A stretch of DNA of 64,000 nucleotides from Eledone cirrhosa (taxonomy: Eukaryota). The stretch lies in the NCBI GenBank assembly GCA_964016885.1, contig OZ024743.1, forward strand, positions 231,446,001 through 231,510,000. The letters are read 5' to 3'. Shown here piece after piece: positions 59,641-64,000 of the stretch. The notes under the pieces were generated by a model. It did no database searches and had not been told where the DNA came from. It was given only the letters and a program-made list of their open reading frames with translations. How positions within the stretch are numbered: position 1 is the stretch's first letter; each line of letters begins with the position of its first letter. A program made the position numbers and the translations under genes.

Positions 59641-60480
59641 ATGTATATATAGTGTATTTTGCAATACACTGTATGCTTAATTAAAAGCATTTCGAAGACC
59701 TTACGCTATTGTTTTAGAGTAGTGACAGTCTCACTTACTTTAATTTTCAGAAAACAGGGGAGATAAAGCTGACAGAGCTCTGTTTCGCACTTGTTGGTGC
59801 TTATCAAAGCTAACTACTCCTCCTGTTTGCTGAAAATCATGAGTGTTTGAATATTATAGAATTCTAGTAATAATCAGGAACTGATTATACAGAGCGGTTG
59901 CCGGTCAAGCAGAAATTGAACATTAGAATTGGTGCTCTGAAATAGCGATATATATATATATGAATGTATATATAGTGCTCTGTCAGCTTTATCTCCCCTG
60001 TTTGCTGAAAATTAAAGTAAGTGAGACTGTCACTACTCTAAAACAATAGCGTAAGGTCTTCGAAATGCTTTTAATTAAGCATACAGTGTATTGCAAAATA
60101 CACTATAAATACATTCATATATATATATCGCTATTTCAGAGCACCAATTCTAATTATCAATTTCTGCTTGACCGGCAATCGCTCTGTATTATCAGTTCCT
60201 TATTATTACTAGAATTCTACAAGAATCAAACACTCATGATTTTCCGCAAACAGGAGGAGTAGTTAGCCTTGATAAGCACCAAAAGGTGCGACACAGAGCT
60301 ATGTCAGCTTTATCTCCCCTGTTTGCTGAAGATTAAAGTGAGACTGTCACTATTCTAAAACAATAGCGTAAGGTCTTCGAAATGCTTTTAATTACGCATA
60401 CAGTGTATTGCAAAATACACTATATATACATTCATATATATATCACTATTTCAGAGCACCAATTCTAATTTTCAATTTCT
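59636..60480. mobile_element. Family J: one minus unit followed by tandem plus units of ~320 bp
   Basis: gct.tgtcagctttatctcccctg at ~59978 and ~60298; HHRs at 59767-59811(-) and 60265-60309(+, GACA). Confidence 0.82.
59767..59811 (-). ncRNA. Hammerhead ribozyme, U3-A8 core, fully palindromic stem III
   Basis: agct TTGATAA gcac caacaa gtgc GAAA cagagctctg TC agct. Confidence 0.87.
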
Positions 60481-60812
60481 GTGAGATGGCGATAATAGCC
60501 ACTAAATTATAGGAAGTCCCCATCTGAGATCTGACGGAAAACAATAAAACATGTGGAATAGGGTTAGACACAACTATGACAGAATTTGTAGTAGCATATA
60601 AGAAGGAATCGGGATAATGTTCAACCACTCTCAAACGTGAGTCGACATGTTTAAATATATCTGAGGTGCTTCTGATTCCAGAGTCACGTTCGATCATTAA
60701 TATATCGTTCCTCGAGCGGATCGACAGTGAAACATATTTAATATGGAATTATATATGTATAAGATGCAACACCGATTCTTTGTTCCTTGTATATATATTT
60801 ATATATACGTTA

Positions 60813-60846
<34 letters not shown>

Positions 60847-60871
60847 GATAATAATAATAATTATTATTATA

Positions 60872-61521
60872 TAGCTCCAACCGAATACCTAACCAGGCAT
60901 GACAGAGCTGCACAATACATACATTGGATAATGTGTAAGCATTTTGCCCTGCCCCATCAAAAGAATTGGTGGGAGCATCAACCACCTCCCATACTTGAAA
61001 AAGATCACATCTCAATCTTGTGGAACTTTAGCATCAAAACAGACCGAAAGATAGACGCAAATAGACCTGATATAATACTGAAGGACTTTAAAAAGAGGGT
61101 ATGCCTGCTAATTGATATGTCAGTTCCAATAGATAAGAATGTATCTATAAAAACATTTGAAAAATTGAGCAAGTATAAGGTTCTGGAGAGAGAAATTGGA
61201 AAAATGTGGAAATTGAGAACTAAAACAATACCAGTGGTTGTAGGCGCTCTAGGAATGATACCTAAGGGGTCTAATGATTACTTATCGCAAATCCTAGGAA
61301 ACCCGCGGATAGGAGAAATACAAAAGATAGTACTAATGGGAACTGCCCATATACTAAGGAAGATTCTGTCAATATAAGTACATCACAAGTCTAAATACCT
61401 AAAGATGCATGTGTGAGATTGTATATTCTTTCTTGAACATGGCGGACCTTGTTGTCTCTTGAGGTCACTGGTTGTGACTTGGTGATAACTTGTATGAACA
61501 TAAAGCAAGATAAATGCAGCT

Positions 61522-61556
<35 letters not shown>
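60872..61556 (+). mobile_element. 3' fragment of an R4/Dong-like non-LTR element (REL endonuclease) ending in (TAA)n
   Basis: YLTRHD..IHW..ILWNFSIKTD..ANRPDII..LIDMSVP..EKLSKY; ORF to 61377; TAA repeat 61523-61557. Confidence 0.85.
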
Positions 61557-61557
<1 letters not shown>

Positions 61558-63236
61558 GAGTTAACATCGAGTGGAGAATCCTTTGAAGGCGTGAAGACCA
61601 AGTGAGGTATCTTCCATGGAGATAAATTGTCCCCTCTGTTGTTTGTCCTTGCCCTGCGAAAATTGAGAGCAGGATACAAGTTAGGAAAAAGAGAGCTCAC
61701 AATCAACCACCTCCCCTTCATGGACGATCTTAAATTCTTTGGTAAGAGTGAGAAGGAGTTGGATGTACTTGTTGACACTGCCCGTATTTTCAGCAATGAA
61801 ATACAGTATGTATGCAATTTGGTATTAATAAGTGTGGTGTCCTAGTGATGAAGTGGGGTAAATTGAGCAGAAGCAACGGAATCCAGGTACCAACAGGTGA
61901 GATGATAAAGGAAATTGACACGGAAGAAGTATACAAATATTTAGGTGTTCTGGAGGCAGATGACATCAAGAACAAAAAAAAATAAAGGAATTGATAAGAT
62001 CTGAGTACATTAGAAGAATAAGGAGTGTATTAAAATAACATCTAAATAGTAGGAATGCCATAAGCGCAGTGAATCCCCGAGATGTCTCTATTATTAGGTA
62101 CAGTGCGGGAATTCTGAAATGGGATGTTGCTGAACAAAAAGAAATGGATACGAAGACTAGGAAGCTATTGACTATCTACAACATGTTCCACAAGAGGAGT
62201 GATGTGGATAGACTCTACTTAAAGAGATCTGAAGGTGGAAGAGGTCTTATCAGCATAGAGGACTGTATTCAGATGGAGAAAAACAACCTGCACAAATACG
62301 TGACTGACAGTAGGGAGCCAATGCTCAGAAATGTACTGAAGTAGAGGACAATAGATCAGGGGATGTGCAGGGAGGAAATAATAGCAAGGAGGAAGAACAA
62401 CCTTAATGAAAAATCCTTTCATAGTACCTTCTTTGAGAAAATTGAATTTAGAGATCCACAGACATGGAACTGGTTAAAAAGATGAGATCTTAAAAAGGCT
62501 ACAGAAGGAATGCTAATGGCTGCGCAAGAGCAGGCCCACAGAACGAAGTGGGTGAAACATCATATATACAAGGAGGAGGCTAGCCCACTGTGTAGGATCT
62601 GTGGAGAGAGGAGTCTGTGGCTCACATTGTATCCGAGTGTAAACACCTAGCCCAGACTCACTATAAAGGCTAGAGACATGATGTGATGGGCAGGGTGATC
62701 CACTGGCACCTATGGAAAGTAAACAATTTACCGCATTCTGAGAAGTGATATGAACATAAGCCTGAGTCGGTGATAGAAAACGATCAGGTGAAGGTGCTAT
62801 AGGATTTTAGGATACAGACGGACAAGAAACTGGAACACAATAAGCCTGACCTGGTGGTTTTGGACAAAGAAAAAAGAACGTACCTAATTATGAATGTAGC
62901 CTACCCATTTGACACGAGAGTGCAAGAAAAGGAGAGGGAGTAAATTAACCGATACCAGGACTTAAAGTGGGAGGTAAAAGGGATTTGGAACTGCCATGAA
63001 GTCAGAGTCGTCCCGATTGTCAATGGCGCACTAGGTACAATCTCAAAGAGTTTCCAAGGATGGTTAAAGAAAATTAGTCCAGCTCCGCTTTTTAGAACAC
63101 TTCAAAAGGCATGCTTGCTGGGAACAGCAAGAACCCTCCGATACGTCCTGAATATCTGAGGCTGCAGGTAGCAGCATGATATTAATTTCAACAAACTTTC
63201 CCGTAAATTAACATCTATGACTGAGACTCAAAGAAC

Positions 63237-63296
<60 letters not shown>
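61558..63296 (+). mobile_element. 5'-truncated R4/Dong-like element (RT plus REL), disrupted
   Basis: GIFHGDKLSPLLF, HLPFMDDLK, RLYLKRSEGGRGL, CRICGE, RHD, NKPD; ends in (TAA)n. Confidence 0.87.
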
Positions 63297-63298
<2 letters not shown>

Positions 63299-63566
63299 AG
63301 TCAAAGTGATCCCGATTGTCATAGGCGCACTGGGGACTATCTCCAAAGGTTTCCAGGGATGGTTAAAGAAAATCGGCCCCTTCACGCTTTTTGGAACGCT
63401 TCAAAAGGCATGCTTGCTTGGAACGGCAAGAACCCTCCGATACGTCCTGAATATCTGAGGCTGCAGGTAGTGGCTTGATATTCAATCCAACGGACTTTCC
63501 AGTTAACCAACATCAATGACTGAGATTCAAGGAATAACAATAACAATAATAATAATAATAATAATA
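63297..63566 (+). mobile_element. Second tandem 3' fragment of the same R4/Dong-like family
   Basis: Similar to 62997-63240; ends in (TAA)n. Confidence 0.85.
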
Positions 63567-64000
63567 GGGAATAAAACGCACATGGGGGATATAAATCGTT
63601 ATGGAATCGCTCGAGTATGTTTTTGATTTTTACTTATTTAAAACCACTGTGATAGAATAATTCTTATTACAAATGAAATATAAGATTACAGTTTTGACTC
63701 TCAGCAGGCGACAACGCATCACATTACGGCATAGGGCCCCAATATTTAATATTTAATTTTGGATCAGAAATGTTATAGTCGAAAAAGAGAAAAATGGCTA
63801 AGTGGACAGACAGGCAAATCATTTCACAACCAACACCACCACCGCCACCATCGCCACTACCACGCCAAAAACTCTAGTCAAGTTACCTCAACTTCTATTT
63901 CTACTTCAACTTCAACACCATCCCTACAGTACTACGATCACATCACCACCAACACTACCTCATTATCGCTACCGCCGCTATTCTCTCCCACTACCTCCTG

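Noticed and set aside
63830-64000. ACC/ACT-rich stretch as a possible exon
   Set aside because: Low-complexity trinucleotide degenerate repeat; no ORF or splice support visible

Overview
AT-rich, gene-free animal (probably octopus/cephalopod-like; inference) repeat landscape. No host protein-coding gene is supportable; nearly all ORF-track entries are (TA)n/(TG)n artefacts. The window is a nest of retroelements inserted into microsatellites: a Tx1/L1-like 5' end, two near-full-length Penelope-like elements (PLEs; a Naiad-type at 12894-17903 + and a Neptune-type at 37296-42105 -), about 15 truncated or non-coding PLE-type insertions with inverted or tandem pseudo-LTRs (pLTRs), a deleted Gypsy LTR element with a tRNA-Trp PBS, a degenerate full-length RTE LINE plus an internally deleted derivative, two Meta-domain-like SINEs, a hAT-like transposase relic and three R4/Dong-like fragments in (TAA)n. 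Main result of the hunt: more than 25 type I hammerhead ribozyme (HHR) motifs from about a dozen unrelated families, many with non-canonical but covarying cores (U3-A8, C4, A4) and palindromic stem III. Just downstream, unrelated families share two clade-specific 3' tail hairpins (RCTC-stem-TT-GAGY and ACTYGTGT-N3-ACAYCTC); the first lies a few nt past the point where the shorter pLTR arm stops. One PLE also carries about 7 kb of patterned TA/TG satellite in its 3' UTR. Coordinates were read by eye, so element ends are approximate; all structures are manual folds, not computed.
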